DNA from: a virus
Lineage: Duplodnaviria > Caudoviricetes
IMG/VR virus record: IMGVR_UViG_2791355084_000002
Coordinates: 36,496 to 100,495 of that record
Direction: 5' to 3' (one strand)
DNA: 64,000 nt
Shown here: piece by piece, positions 28,883-38,902 of the stretch
Layout of the letters: every line of letters begins with the position of its first letter
Numbering within the stretch: position 1 is the first letter of the stretch
Translations under genes and position numbers: made by a program
Notes under the pieces: model-generated
Told to the model about the DNA's origin: nothing
Database searches by the model: none
The model's input: the letters and a program-made list of their open reading frames with translations, nothing else

Positions 28883-29383
28883 CTAGTTTTGATTAGGTAC
28901 TTCAATTAATGAAATGACTTTAACTTTTTCACTATCTATGTTGATGAATGGCAGCTCCAATCTACCATCTAGTGACTTGGCATTTAATAGATACGGGTAG
29001 ATTGGAGAGTCATCTGGTTGGATGTCAGTAAGCTGTATCAATTTAAATATGGTATTGAACAGCAAATCAAGCGTTGTGATTTTACTAAATGGATCGTTTT
29101 TATATTGGGAGGCTTCTTTGAAATAAGTATCTTGAATTTTCTTGAAAATCGCGGTAGCGTTATTACCCTCAGCGTCTAGACGAGTGTAATCAACATCACC
29201 GTCATCATCAATGAAGTTATGTACTACAACTCCATCTTTGATTTTTACAAAGTCACCATACCAGTAAGAACCTTCGAGCTCAATAACGATTTTTAACTCA
29301 CTATCATTTGATGGAAGATAATTGTTATTTAAAGTTTTTTTCAAAATAAAATCAGCTGCTTGTAGTTGTTGAATTGTATACAT
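28883..29383 (-). CDS. Hypothetical counter-oriented protein
   Basis: 166-aa ORF with RBS aaaggag. Confidence 0.65.
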   Translation of the reverse strand: MYTIQQLQAADFILKKTLNNNYLPSNDSELKIVIELEGSYWYGDFVKIKDGVVVHNFIDDDGDVDYTRLDAEGNNATAIFKKIQDTYFKEASQYKNDPFSKITTLDLLFNTIFKLIQLTDIQPDDSPIYPYLLNAKSLDGRLELPFINIDSEKVKVISLIEVPNQN

Positions 29384-29502
29384 GTTTACATCTCCTTTTG
29401 TTGTTATTTTTATTCTTCAATAGGAAGAGTTACAGATTTTTATTTAAACCTCCCAACGAGCAAATGAACTTTTGGAAGTAAAATTGTGAGACTATAAATA
29501 GT

Positions 29503-29838
29503 TTAAAAACCTAGTTGTTTCTTAGCAAATTCGTTCGCTGCTTGTTGGGACATCTCATTCCAATTATTAAATTTAGTCTTAGTGGCTACATGAGAATCTA
29601 ACGCATGTTCTGAAATGGCTTTGAGGTCTTCTTGTGTTTCCACTAAGAAATTTCCATCTGATAAAAATTCATCGAAGGAATGAAAAATAGTATGTGCTTG
29701 CATGAACAAAGGATTGAAAAGTTCATCAAAAGAAACTGTGACACCTCTCTCAAGTTCTTTAGCTTTTCTTTCCATAGCTTTTAATTCTTTTTGAAGTTTA
29801 TCAAAGCCTTTGGTTTTGTATTTAGCCATATATTTCAC
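29503..29838 (-). CDS. Hypothetical counter-oriented protein
   Basis: RBS agaggtg; VSFDELFNPLFMQAHT segment. Confidence 0.7.
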   Translation of the reverse strand: MKYMAKYKTKGFDKLQKELKAMERKAKELERGVTVSFDELFNPLFMQAHTIFHSFDEFLSDGNFLVETQEDLKAISEHALDSHVATKTKFNNWNEMSQQAANEFAKKQLGF

Positions 29839-29910
29839 CTCTTTCCTTAATATTACCTATAAGATAACACAACATATTGTGCTAATCAAATTAATAGGAG
29901 TGTATATATT

Positions 29911-30135
29911 GTGTTTTATTTGAAAGCTATCAGAAAAACAAAAGGAATATCCCGTTATCAGTTAGCGAAACTATCAGGTGTGAAAGATTCTACTATCCAA
30001 ATGATTGAAAATAGCGAGAATCCAAATCCTACATTCAAAATAATGTGCAAACTAGCAGATGCATTAGAAGTGAGTTTGGATGATTTAAGGGGAGGTGAGA
30101 AGTTTGGGATGGAGCATGACAAAACCGAAGCGTAA
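29911..30135 (+). CDS. XRE HTH protein
   Basis: ISRYQLAKLSGV...NPTFKIMCKLADAL. Confidence 0.85.
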   Translation: MFYLKAIRKTKGISRYQLAKLSGVKDSTIQMIENSENPNPTFKIMCKLADALEVSLDDLRGGEKFGMEHDKTEA

Positions 30136-30382
30136 GAAGAAGCGCAAAAAGCCTTTACCTTCGGATGAATTTCGAAATGTAAAAGGAGTTAAGCGTGAGC
30201 GAATGATTGCTGAAAGGAAAGCGAGACTACTCACGCAAGCCCAGTTAGGAGAATTAGTTGGCTGTTCAACTGCAATGATAAGCGCTATTGAGAGTGGTCG
30301 AGTTAAACCAGGATTAGAGGTTTCATTGCAGTTGGAAGTTGTTCTTGAGACATCACTTTTTGAATTGTTTCCTGACCTATAA
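30095..30382 (+). CDS. XRE HTH protein
   Basis: LTQAQLGELVGCSTAMISAIESGRVKP. Confidence 0.82.
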   Translation: MRSLGWSMTKPKRKKKRKKPLPSDEFRNVKGVKRERMIAERKARLLTQAQLGELVGCSTAMISAIESGRVKPGLEVSLQLEVVLETSLFELFPDL

Positions 30383-30402
30383 AACTGAGAGGAGGTGAGG
30401 GG

Positions 30403-30711
30403 ATGTATAGCGAGGAGTTTAAAGCGGAGATAAAAGAGGAGTTTCGCAAGTTGCTTCGAGAGGAGCTGGAAAAGACATTTACACGAAAGCCATTAATTTG
30501 TGAGTTACCGATTTTATTGACTCGTAATCAGTTGATGGAGTTATTCAATATTAAAAGTACGAAAGCATCCGCGTTATTGAGGCGCGAAGATTTCCCGAAG
30601 TTTTATGAAGCTGGTCGAGTCTTAATTCCATCAAAAGCATTGTTGCAATGGATTGATGAGCATACCGAATGGGTTCAAACACATACCAAGTATTTTCAAT
30701 CCGTTGGTTAA
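30403..30711 (+). CDS. Excisionase-like winged-HTH protein
   Basis: LPILLTRNQLMELF...DFPK...VLIP...LLQW. Confidence 0.7.
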   Translation: MYSEEFKAEIKEEFRKLLREELEKTFTRKPLICELPILLTRNQLMELFNIKSTKASALLRREDFPKFYEAGRVLIPSKALLQWIDEHTEWVQTHTKYFQSVG

Positions 30712-30786
30712 TGTTTCATATGAAAATTTTAAAACACAACAACGTAATATTGTATTCCGGTTTGGAATGTGAAAGGTGGTGAGACG

Positions 30787-31053
30787 ATGAAAATTGGCGC
30801 CATTTTGCAAGCCTGTCGTGAACGAGCAGGGTTGTCACAAGAAGAACTGGCATTTCGCATGAATCGATCGCAGTCCTGTATATCAAAATTCGAAAATAGC
30901 GTAAAGATTCCAGATGCCATCACCTTTATGGAATGGTTTAAGCAAACAAATACGCAAGAGGTCGCTGTCGCGTTTTTAATGGGGATGGACGGGCTAACGA
31001 TTTTACAAACATTGCTACCGATGGTTGGTGGGTTTGTATGTTGGATTATTTGA
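30787..31053 (+). CDS. XRE HTH protein
   Basis: RERAGLSQEELAFRMNRSQSCISKFEN. Confidence 0.85.
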   Translation: MKIGAILQACRERAGLSQEELAFRMNRSQSCISKFENSVKIPDAITFMEWFKQTNTQEVAVAFLMGMDGLTILQTLLPMVGGFVCWII

Positions 31054-31079
31054 TTAACTTTGCAAGAGGAAGTGAAAAA

Positions 31080-31811
31080 ATGACGAATCGAAATGAATCA
31101 ATTATTGAAAAAATCAAAGGGTTGTTGGCACTTGCAAATGACAATCAAAATGATGAAGAATGCCAGACTGCCTTTATGATGGCTCAAAAGTTAATGATTA
31201 AATATGATATTTCTTCGTCGGAATTAGTAGAAAACTACAACAATAGAGCTATCTCAGAAAATCAGGCTACTGCTTATAAAACCCTTTATTGGTGGGAACG
31301 GCAATTAGCGAATATTATTACACGTAATTTTAGAGTTACTTGGTATTACAACAGTAAAATTATTAAAGGTGCAAGTAAGAAGAAAAGAGCAATTGTGTTT
31401 ATGGGATTTGAAAGTGATGTTGCTCTAGCTAAAGAAATGTATGTACTAGCTTACGATGTTTTAAGTTTTTACGTTCAGAAATTCGTTTACGACTACTATG
31501 ATGGTGCGCAATTACACAGAACAAAAAGGATGACTACTGAATTAAAAAACTCGTACACAAGAGGTTTTTTGAGGGGGATGGAAGAGAAATTTGACGAACA
31601 AGTAAAAGCCATGGAGCAAGAATACGGACTAATGGTACTACTCCCAACAGAAGTGAAACAAGAGTATGATAAAAGATTTGGTAGCAGAAAAGGTCTAACT
31701 TATAAAATTCCTCCTGTGGAAGAAATAGAAGTATATCAAAGGGGATTCCGTGATGGAAATCAAGTGGATTATACAAAATCTTCATTAGATAAAGATAAAT
31801 CATTGTTATGA
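31080..31811 (+). CDS. DUF2786-domain protein
   Basis: IIEKIKGLLALA...EE...A..MAQKLMIKY N-terminal motif. Confidence 0.75.
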   Translation: MTNRNESIIEKIKGLLALANDNQNDEECQTAFMMAQKLMIKYDISSSELVENYNNRAISENQATAYKTLYWWERQLANIITRNFRVTWYYNSKIIKGASKKKRAIVFMGFESDVALAKEMYVLAYDVLSFYVQKFVYDYYDGAQLHRTKRMTTELKNSYTRGFLRGMEEKFDEQVKAMEQEYGLMVLLPTEVKQEYDKRFGSRKGLTYKIPPVEEIEVYQRGFRDGNQVDYTKSSLDKDKSLL

Positions 31812-31827
31812 ATGAGGTGACGATTGA

Positions 31828-32193
31828 ATGGAAAAAATCAAAGCGTTTTTAGCTTATCAAGAGGCAACTAAATTCACATTGCATAGGGTGGCGAATGCCA
31901 ATTTAGATATTTGTTATTCAAATTTTAAAATGATGGAATTGTTATCCATGTTAAAGGAAAAGCATGAAATGGCACAGAATGCAGGTGTTTTAGGGATAGA
32001 TTTTTATGATGGGATCTGTAATGTGCAAGTGTCGTATGACGATTTTCAACGTTTAACGGAAGGTGTAAAGGACATTCGTATTGAGCCGTCTCTGTGTTCT
32101 GAGTCTTATTTTGAGTATTTAAATGCTGAAGTAGAGGGCATTCATTTAGTAGCTGTTCGTTCGATTGAAAAAGAAAAAATGCAAGCGCAATAG
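31828..32193 (+). CDS. Hypothetical early protein
   Basis: ORF with RBS gaggtg. Confidence 0.6.
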   Translation: MEKIKAFLAYQEATKFTLHRVANANLDICYSNFKMMELLSMLKEKHEMAQNAGVLGIDFYDGICNVQVSYDDFQRLTEGVKDIRIEPSLCSESYFEYLNAEVEGIHLVAVRSIEKEKMQAQ

Positions 32194-32310
32194 CACCTGC
32201 ATAAAGGTTGAACTGTAGCTTTGGTCGGTCTCAGTTCAAAAAATTACTAAAAATCTTGTCCTTTTATTATGGACAAGAACTGGATAGAAGTCAATAAAGG
32301 AGGAACGGAT

Positions 32311-32520
32311 ATGAAAGAAGTTTTAGAGAAACTAAGTACATTTCTAGAGCAGGAAGAAGAGTTGTTACGGGATTATGCGGTCGATGTAGCGGAAGCTTTC
32401 GATAGTTGTTTGTATGTAAGCAATCAAAAGGATTACTTCGCACAAAAGGGTCGAGTTACTGCTATAAGAGATGCTATTGAATTAGTGGAAGATTTAGAGA
32501 ATCAATTACAAATGGTGTGA
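32311..32520 (+). CDS. Hypothetical early protein
   Basis: RBS aaggagg before MKEVLEK. Confidence 0.6.
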   Translation: MKEVLEKLSTFLEQEEELLRDYAVDVAEAFDSCLYVSNQKDYFAQKGRVTAIRDAIELVEDLENQLQMV

Positions 32521-32622
32521 TTTATTTTAGGGTTCATCAATTGTCTAGTGAATTTGATGTTGCAACCTTGCATTCATAGGGTGGCGACAATTTGTCGCCA
32601 CCCTTATGAAAGGAGAAGTGGC

Positions 32623-33273
32623 ATGGATTTAACAGAGATTCAACATGCAGATAAAAAGGTGTTAACAACGGCTCAAATTGCTGAGGCGTACGAAGTGGAC
32701 AGTAAGTCATTAATCCGTAATTTCCAACGAAACAAGGAGCATTATCAAGAAGGTACGCATTACTTTGCGCTTACAGGGGAAGCACTGAAACAATTTAAAG
32801 GTGGGCGACAAAATGACGCCACCCTCAAATTTGTATCATTGCTATACCTGTGGACCGAAGAAGGGGCGTTTTTATTAGCGAAGTCACTCAGTAGCGACAA
32901 GGCGTGGGAGGCATACCATCTGCTTGTTGCGCAGTATTACAAACTGACAACCGAATTGCAGCAAGTACAGCCCGTTGCATTGCCGTATGACGAGAAACGC
33001 TTATTAGCCTTGGAGCAACGTGTACAGGAAATTGAACAACAGCTACATGGAATCACACTACATACAGGCGAGCAAAAGCGTTTACGACAAGCGGTGACTG
33101 AACGTGTTAATCAATTATGCATGGTACAAGCGCGCCGTCCAGCCTTTTTCGCGTCCCTTTATCGTGAAATCAAACGCCGTTATCAAGTGGCGTCGTATCG
33201 AGATGTTCCACAGTGCAAGCTACAAGATGCTTTGCACTTTATTTCCACATGGAGAGGAGGGGCAGACACATGA
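32623..33273 (+). CDS. ORF6N/ORF6C antirepressor-like protein
   Basis: VLTTAQIAEAY...NFQRN..Y.EG.HYF.L, LYLWTEEGA; C-terminal QVASYRDV. Confidence 0.85.
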   Translation: MDLTEIQHADKKVLTTAQIAEAYEVDSKSLIRNFQRNKEHYQEGTHYFALTGEALKQFKGGRQNDATLKFVSLLYLWTEEGAFLLAKSLSSDKAWEAYHLLVAQYYKLTTELQQVQPVALPYDEKRLLALEQRVQEIEQQLHGITLHTGEQKRLRQAVTERVNQLCMVQARRPAFFASLYREIKRRYQVASYRDVPQCKLQDALHFISTWRGGADT

Positions 33274-33349
33274 AACACTAAAAGTCGGAGCGTACGATTT
33301 ATTTCAAACTCATATTGCTAATTCAACCAAATAGGCGAGGTAGAAAATC

Positions 33350-34075
33350 ATGACAATATTTCGTGTTCAAAAAAAGGAGAACTATGTTGTTTTAGACAAG
33401 GGATTTTTGAATGATGAGAATTTAAGTTGGCAGGCGAAAGGAATGCTTGCTTACATGCTGTCGTTGCCTAATGATTGGCGTTTTACTATTCAAGACTTAA
33501 CAAAATGCAGTAAAAATGGGCGTGATGCTACTAACAACATTGTCAAAGAGTTGACTGCTGCTGGGTACATCCAAAGGGAACAAAAAAGAAGTGAAGACGG
33601 TAAATTTGGTAAAACAGAGTTACTAGTTTTTGAAACGCCTGATACATTACCGTTTACTGAAAAGTCGTTACCGGATAATTCGAATACGGAAAACCCGACA
33701 CTACTAAATAATAAATTACTAAATAATAAAATAAATAAATATAATGTCGAGCAACTCGACATTGTGCATGAAATTATTGCTCACTTAAACAAAACATCTC
33801 AGAAAAACTTTAAAGCCACAACAGCTGCTACCAAGCGACTCATACATGCCCGACTGAAGGATGGCTATACATTGGAGCACTTCAAATGCGTGATTGACAC
33901 GAAGGCTAAACAGTGGCTGCACAATCCGGATATGAATAAATACTTGCGTCCTGATACGTTGTTCAACGCTACGAAATTCGAAAGCTACTTGAACGAAAAA
34001 CAGAGCGTACCAACAAACCAAACTCATTTGCCTGAATCACTCGATTTAGATTTTAGCAAGGGGGAAGATCTGTAA
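33350..34075 (+). CDS. Phage replication initiator
   Basis: LSWQAKGML, ELTAAGYI; C-terminal YLRPDTLF..KFESYLN domain. Confidence 0.88.
   Translation: MTIFRVQKKENYVVLDKGFLNDENLSWQAKGMLAYMLSLPNDWRFTIQDLTKCSKNGRDATNNIVKELTAAGYIQREQKRSEDGKFGKTELLVFETPDTLPFTEKSLPDNSNTENPTLLNNKLLNNKINKYNVEQLDIVHEIIAHLNKTSQKNFKATTAATKRLIHARLKDGYTLEHFKCVIDTKAKQWLHNPDMNKYLRPDTLFNATKFESYLNEKQSVPTNQTHLPESLDLDFSKGEDL
33650..33760. promoter_or_regulatory. Probable replication origin inside the initiator gene
   Basis: Degenerate short iterons, actaaataataa x2, AT-rich tract, palindrome gtcgag-caa-ctcgac. Confidence 0.5.
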
Positions 34076-35352
34076 TGATATACCAAAACATTAGCATCGA
34101 GTTAGCAGAAAAAAGTTTACTGGGAACGATGCTCCATGAAAATTATTTGATTGCAGATAGCAACTTAGAGGCAGCCCATTTTATTTCGCAAGTGCATCAA
34201 AATATTTTTACGAGCATGTTACAGCTTGTCAGTGAACGTAAAGCCGTTGACTATATCACATTGCTGACAACAAGAGAGCCGATTGAACTTGGTGGGGCAA
34301 ATTATTTAGCGGAGATTGGCAGCTTTGCGAGTGCAACGAAATTTGAGGAATACGAAACCATTGTACTTGAGAATTGGCGAGAGCGATCCAAGCGTCAAAT
34401 GATGGAGCAAGCGCAGCAAGAAGATTGCGGCATAGCAGAAATTCAACAGGCACTGGACAAGCTCATGACGCAATATACGACTACCAATACGAGCATTAAA
34501 GCCGACTTAATGCAAATGGCGAAGCGACCATTTGAGCAAGAAAACAGTAAAACAGGGGTGCTTACAGGGCTACTTGATTTGGATAAGCTGCTAAACGGTT
34601 TTCAAGATGCTGAGCTCACAATAATTGCAGCTAGACCCTCGATGGGGAAAACGGACACGATGAACCATATCGCACTAAAAGCGGGATGGGATGGCTATTT
34701 ACCAATCATCTTCTCACTGGAAATGAGTCGCACTACGCTTATTGATCGGCTCATTGCAGCAACAGGCAATTTTAATCGCTTAAAGATGCGCAATCCCTAT
34801 GAGTATTTTACAGACGGCCAAAAAGAAAAGTGGATGACAACGCTCGGCATGCTTGATAATGCCAATATCGAAATTGATGATCGAGCCGGGATGACTGTCC
34901 CACAAATACGAGCTACTGCTAGAAAAATTATTAAGGCCAACCCTGATAAAAAGCCCGTCATCTTAATCGATTACTTACAAATCATTCGAGTGAGCAACCC
35001 GCGCGATAATCAAACACAAGCAATTGGCCAAATCTCATGGGATTTAAAGCAAATGGCAAAAGAGTTTAATTGCCCTGTTATTTGCCTAGCTCAACTCAAT
35101 CGCAGTGTCGAACAACGTCAGGACAAACGCCCTGTAATGAGTGATTTACGAGATTCAGGCAATATTGAACAAGACGCTGATGTTATCGCATTTTTATATC
35201 GCGATGATTACTACGCCAAAGAATCCGAACGCCAAAATATGTTGGAATTTATTATTGCTAAGCACCGTAATGGACCGACTGGAACGGTATTCGCTAGCTA
35301 TGTAAAAGACACAGGTCGACTGTCGAACATAGCCTGGAGTGTTGCCAGATGA
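34075..35352 (+). CDS. DnaB-like replicative helicase
   Basis: AARPSMGKT, SLEM, IDYLQ, QLNR, SDLRDSGNIEQDAD, KHRNGPTG. Confidence 0.95.
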   Translation: MIYQNISIELAEKSLLGTMLHENYLIADSNLEAAHFISQVHQNIFTSMLQLVSERKAVDYITLLTTREPIELGGANYLAEIGSFASATKFEEYETIVLENWRERSKRQMMEQAQQEDCGIAEIQQALDKLMTQYTTTNTSIKADLMQMAKRPFEQENSKTGVLTGLLDLDKLLNGFQDAELTIIAARPSMGKTDTMNHIALKAGWDGYLPIIFSLEMSRTTLIDRLIAATGNFNRLKMRNPYEYFTDGQKEKWMTTLGMLDNANIEIDDRAGMTVPQIRATARKIIKANPDKKPVILIDYLQIIRVSNPRDNQTQAIGQISWDLKQMAKEFNCPVICLAQLNRSVEQRQDKRPVMSDLRDSGNIEQDADVIAFLYRDDYYAKESERQNMLEFIIAKHRNGPTGTVFASYVKDTGRLSNIAWSVAR

Positions 35353-35843
35353 GCGACCTTATCACAGTGAAGGAGATTTTGGAATATGCAACAGAGTTTG
35401 AATTGAGTTGGTTTGCTCATCAAGTCTATTGGGCTGTGTCAACAAAACAAATTCAGTTGGAGGATGATTCAAATAAATTGCTAGAGGTGGTATATGATGA
35501 CGCTGCTGTACGTGAAATGACAAATCGAAATGTCCTCGGCATTGGCCGCATTAAGCTATACGTCGTCAAAAGCTTCGCGCAATATGCCTTTTACTTTGCT
35601 AGTGATCCACTGGAAGTCAACATGCTGCATCAAGCGTTATTTGGTGAAGTGGCAGGAGCCATTACGGAAGCCCATCGATTATTAACAAAGGTGATGTATT
35701 TTGCCGATTTCGACATACAAACCTCACTGCTAGAATACCGAAAAACGATCGTGCAATTTCCAGCCTACCTTGGTCATGCAGCTGCAGGACAATATAACTT
35801 GTATCGCCTAGATTTGCGTAAAGGAGGGAGAAGGATTGTCTAA
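35349..35843 (+). CDS. Hypothetical phage protein
   Basis: Start overlaps the helicase stop. Confidence 0.65.
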   Translation: MSDLITVKEILEYATEFELSWFAHQVYWAVSTKQIQLEDDSNKLLEVVYDDAAVREMTNRNVLGIGRIKLYVVKSFAQYAFYFASDPLEVNMLHQALFGEVAGAITEAHRLLTKVMYFADFDIQTSLLEYRKTIVQFPAYLGHAAAGQYNLYRLDLRKGGRRIV

Positions 35844-35955
35844 GCAAGAACGTGAAGAGGTCATTGCGATTATCATGCTACGCAAAAACTACGCAGAGGA
35901 AATGCTACGTAATATGTCAGATGAAGAGCTAGTGAAGATGTTGGATGAATTATAA
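35836..35955 (+). CDS. Small phage protein (39 aa, BH0509-like)
   Basis: TTG start after aggagggag; MSDEELVKM motif. Confidence 0.55.
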   Translation: MSKQEREEVIAIIMLRKNYAEEMLRNMSDEELVKMLDEL

Positions 35956-35976
35956 AAGTGATTTTAGCTTGAAGAA

Positions 35977-36210
35977 ATGAGAGGGATGAAAATGGATAAT
36001 GTGAATATTTATGAAATCATTGGCGTTTCGATGGACCCTATTTATCAGGCGCTGAATCAGCTTAATGATGAAGAAGAAATCTTTATCGGCAAACATACCA
36101 TTCGTAAATCGGCTAAATTTTATGAGATTGAAAATGATCGTATACATGAATGTTTTAAAGAAAAAGAACGTTGCTATCAAGTGTTAAGCAATTTAGTCAT
36201 GACCAATTAA
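35977..36210 (+). CDS. Hypothetical protein
   Basis: ORF with RBS gaggg. Confidence 0.55.
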   Translation: MRGMKMDNVNIYEIIGVSMDPIYQALNQLNDEEEIFIGKHTIRKSAKFYEIENDRIHECFKEKERCYQVLSNLVMTN

Positions 36211-36301
36211 AAAAAGCTATGGCGGTAACCATAGCTTCGTCATAACAAAGGCTTCTCCCTTGCTACCAGTAATATCATTATAGCATAAGGGGGAAGCATT
36301 T

Positions 36302-36499
36302 ATGCGATTAAAACCACTAGTCATTTCGAACGACGGCATCCTACAAATCGACATCATGGAACTCCCCGAAAACTGCGTCATCGTCCTCTCTGACGGCATC
36401 GCAAAATTCACCGAGCTCCCTGCACACGCTAAGACAAAGATCGTTACTTACCAAGGCAAGGTGAGACGTGTTGAGTTTGATGAGGGGGAGGAGTTTTGA
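36302..36499 (+). CDS. XtrA/YqaO-like protein
   Basis: ELPAHAKTKIVTYQGKVRRVEFDEGEEF motif. Confidence 0.7.
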   Translation: MRLKPLVISNDGILQIDIMELPENCVIVLSDGIAKFTELPAHAKTKIVTYQGKVRRVEFDEGEEF

Positions 36500-36601
36500 T
36501 AAAGAATTATCATATCAGAGATAGAATACTAGTGATCTTGGGTTACAATGATACAATTAATTAAAAGGGATTGTTGTATCGAAAGGTAGGTAATCAAGGA
36601 A

Positions 36602-37174
36602 GTGAATAATTTTAGACCCTCTCCAGCTGAAATTGAGTTTTTAAATCTTGCCTATAATAAATTTTATGATATTTATGAGGAAATGTTTGAAGAGGAGTTT
36701 TGGGAAAAGGATAATTATTACCGTTTTTTTAGAATAAAAATTGCTTTTGAAATCTATGCAGAAATATTGAATTACGAGCCTATAAAATTCGTTATAGAAT
36801 CTGTCAAAGATAAACGTCCTTCAATGGAAGGAGAAATAGCAAGTGAATTATTTAAATGTATTAGAAATATAATTGCCCATTTTCCATTTTATGATACTTG
36901 GAATGAAGTTTGGATTAGTAAGACTATTGTTAATTGGTATAAAAGTGGACAAATGATTGATAAGTTTATGCAAAAATATACTGGAAGAGGCGAGATAAAA
37001 TATCGATTTTGGGAGGAAAATAAAAAAGAAATGACGTATGTTAATATCACTTTTCCTAATGAATATAATGAAGACTCTAAAATATATCTTAGAAATATTT
37101 TGCCTGAAAAAGATGGAATTAAATTCTCTCTGATTCTTATGAGGAGAATAATAGATACTCAAATAATTGACTAA
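36602..37174 (+). CDS. AT-rich cargo protein with HEPN-like RxxxxH motif
   Basis: FKCIRNIIAHFPF after a helical N-terminal half. Confidence 0.5.
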   Translation: MNNFRPSPAEIEFLNLAYNKFYDIYEEMFEEEFWEKDNYYRFFRIKIAFEIYAEILNYEPIKFVIESVKDKRPSMEGEIASELFKCIRNIIAHFPFYDTWNEVWISKTIVNWYKSGQMIDKFMQKYTGRGEIKYRFWEENKKEMTYVNITFPNEYNEDSKIYLRNILPEKDGIKFSLILMRRIIDTQIID

Positions 37175-37399
37175 ATAATAGTAATAAAAATTCATTATTA
37201 TAGGTGATTTTTATAATAAGAGATTAATAAGAAAAATATTGGTGTTGATGGTATTTTTTAGATTGATATAATAGGTATATCCTAAACTTGTATTATAGTT
37301 CTTTCTTTAGGTGTAAAAATGTTTCCTATGTATGCGCCGAAATTATGTACTTTTTATACAAAGAGGGAGAAATGAGCAATATGGAATGAGGAGTAGTAA

Positions 37400-38278
37400 A
37401 TGGGAACTATACAACGTTATTATGAATCGAAAGAAAGTAGTGATGCAAAAAGTAACGAATCCGTAGAAAAAAGTGTAATTAACAATAAAAATTATACTTT
37501 AGATGAAAAAATAAAAAATAGATATAGTTGGTTAATTGTAGTTTCCGTAATTATAGTAGTAATTACAGGTGTCTTTATTACAATATATAATGTTATTATT
37601 GGTGAAAATTTTGGAATTGATGTTGCTACAGTACTTTCAACGTTATTGGCATTTTTCTCTATATTTTTATCTTCGATTTTTTATTTTAAAGCTACTGAGC
37701 AAAGTAATGATTTTTATGATAGATCTTATACCCATACACGTGATATAGCAAAAACGTTATCTAAAATGGATGGAAGCTTTAGCGAGGCTTTGAGAAATAT
37801 TGAAGGTTATAGTAATAGACTTAATGAAAGGTTTGATAATTTACCTGGTATTAATTCAAACTTACAGAATAATGTTCTTAAAGAAATGGAAACAATGATG
37901 GAAGAGATGAAAAAAGTTATTGTGCAGGGAAACATTTCACCAGAGGATATAATAAAATATGAGGAGCGCCTTTCTCAAATTCAAAAAGAAAATAAAGAAT
38001 TAAAAGTACGCTTAGATAATAATAAATATATAATGAAAAATAGTGATTTAAATTACTTTTTGATAGATATACTGCGTCGACATAATATTTCAGATTTGAA
38101 AAAGATGTCAAGCTTAGAAATTAAAGAATTATTTTTAAGGGAAGCAGATTTTCTTTATGACGGAAATAATTTAATAAATGAGTTGATTTATAACGATGTT
38201 ATAAAACCAATTAAAGACGGCATAATAATTACAGATAAAGGTATGGATTTATTAACAACTTTAAAATTATTAATTTGA
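37400..38278 (+). CDS. Two-TM membrane protein with coiled coil and wHTH-like C-terminus
   Basis: Two hydrophobic segments (about residues 43-97); IITDKG wing-like motif. Confidence 0.6.
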   Translation: MGTIQRYYESKESSDAKSNESVEKSVINNKNYTLDEKIKNRYSWLIVVSVIIVVITGVFITIYNVIIGENFGIDVATVLSTLLAFFSIFLSSIFYFKATEQSNDFYDRSYTHTRDIAKTLSKMDGSFSEALRNIEGYSNRLNERFDNLPGINSNLQNNVLKEMETMMEEMKKVIVQGNISPEDIIKYEERLSQIQKENKELKVRLDNNKYIMKNSDLNYFLIDILRRHNISDLKKMSSLEIKELFLREADFLYDGNNLINELIYNDVIKPIKDGIIITDKGMDLLTTLKLLI

Positions 38279-38361
38279 TAATACTACAAATACTAAAAAT
38301 TATTAAAATCTATTTTTTAAATGGAATTATTAATTCTAAAATGTTATAAAGAAAAAATTAG

Positions 38362-38438
38362 TTCTACCAGCCCGCTTGGAGGACAACATTGGATAGCAGC
38401 AAACAAGCTGCCGTCTTTTGTTGTCCTCTTTTTATTTT
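38362..38438 (+). terminator. Long hairpin/terminator in the arpU leader
   Basis: gaggacaaca (38379-38388) pairs with tgttgtcctc (38419-38428), followed by a T-tract; inner gcagc/gctgc hairpin. Confidence 0.6.
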
Positions 38439-38458
38439 AACCAAAGGAGAGATGATTA

Positions 38459-38902
38459 GTGGATATTCTAAAAAATATTGATGGCAAGGCAACACAAAAA
38501 GCCATAGAAAAGGTCTTACGACAATATCGAACGTATCAACTAACGACACCTGAAGATTTATTGCCTACGATTACTGCGAATTATAACTTAAACATGCCAT
38601 CATATAGTGGAGGATTTCATTCAAAAGTTGAAAATGCAGCGATCCGAAATGTAGAGCATTATAAACAAGCGAAAGCCTTTTTTGAAAGATTTAATCGTGC
38701 TTTTTACAAATTGACTCAAAAAGAGCGACAGATTATTGTCATGGCTTGTTTAGAGGAAACACCTTTGTTTAATTATCAGATTTCAAAAAAGCTCCATATT
38801 AGTGAGCGAACGTTTTATCGTATTAAGGCACAAGCATTGTATAAATTGGCTTTAGCGTTGCGCGTGGAGGTATATGAGGGGGATGAGGTGAAGAGCCAAT
38901 GA
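38459..38902 (+). CDS. ArpU-family late transcriptional activator
   Basis: SKVENAAI, L..KERQII, ISERTFYRIK.QALYKLA. Confidence 0.9.
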   Translation: MDILKNIDGKATQKAIEKVLRQYRTYQLTTPEDLLPTITANYNLNMPSYSGGFHSKVENAAIRNVEHYKQAKAFFERFNRAFYKLTQKERQIIVMACLEETPLFNYQISKKLHISERTFYRIKAQALYKLALALRVEVYEGDEVKSQ

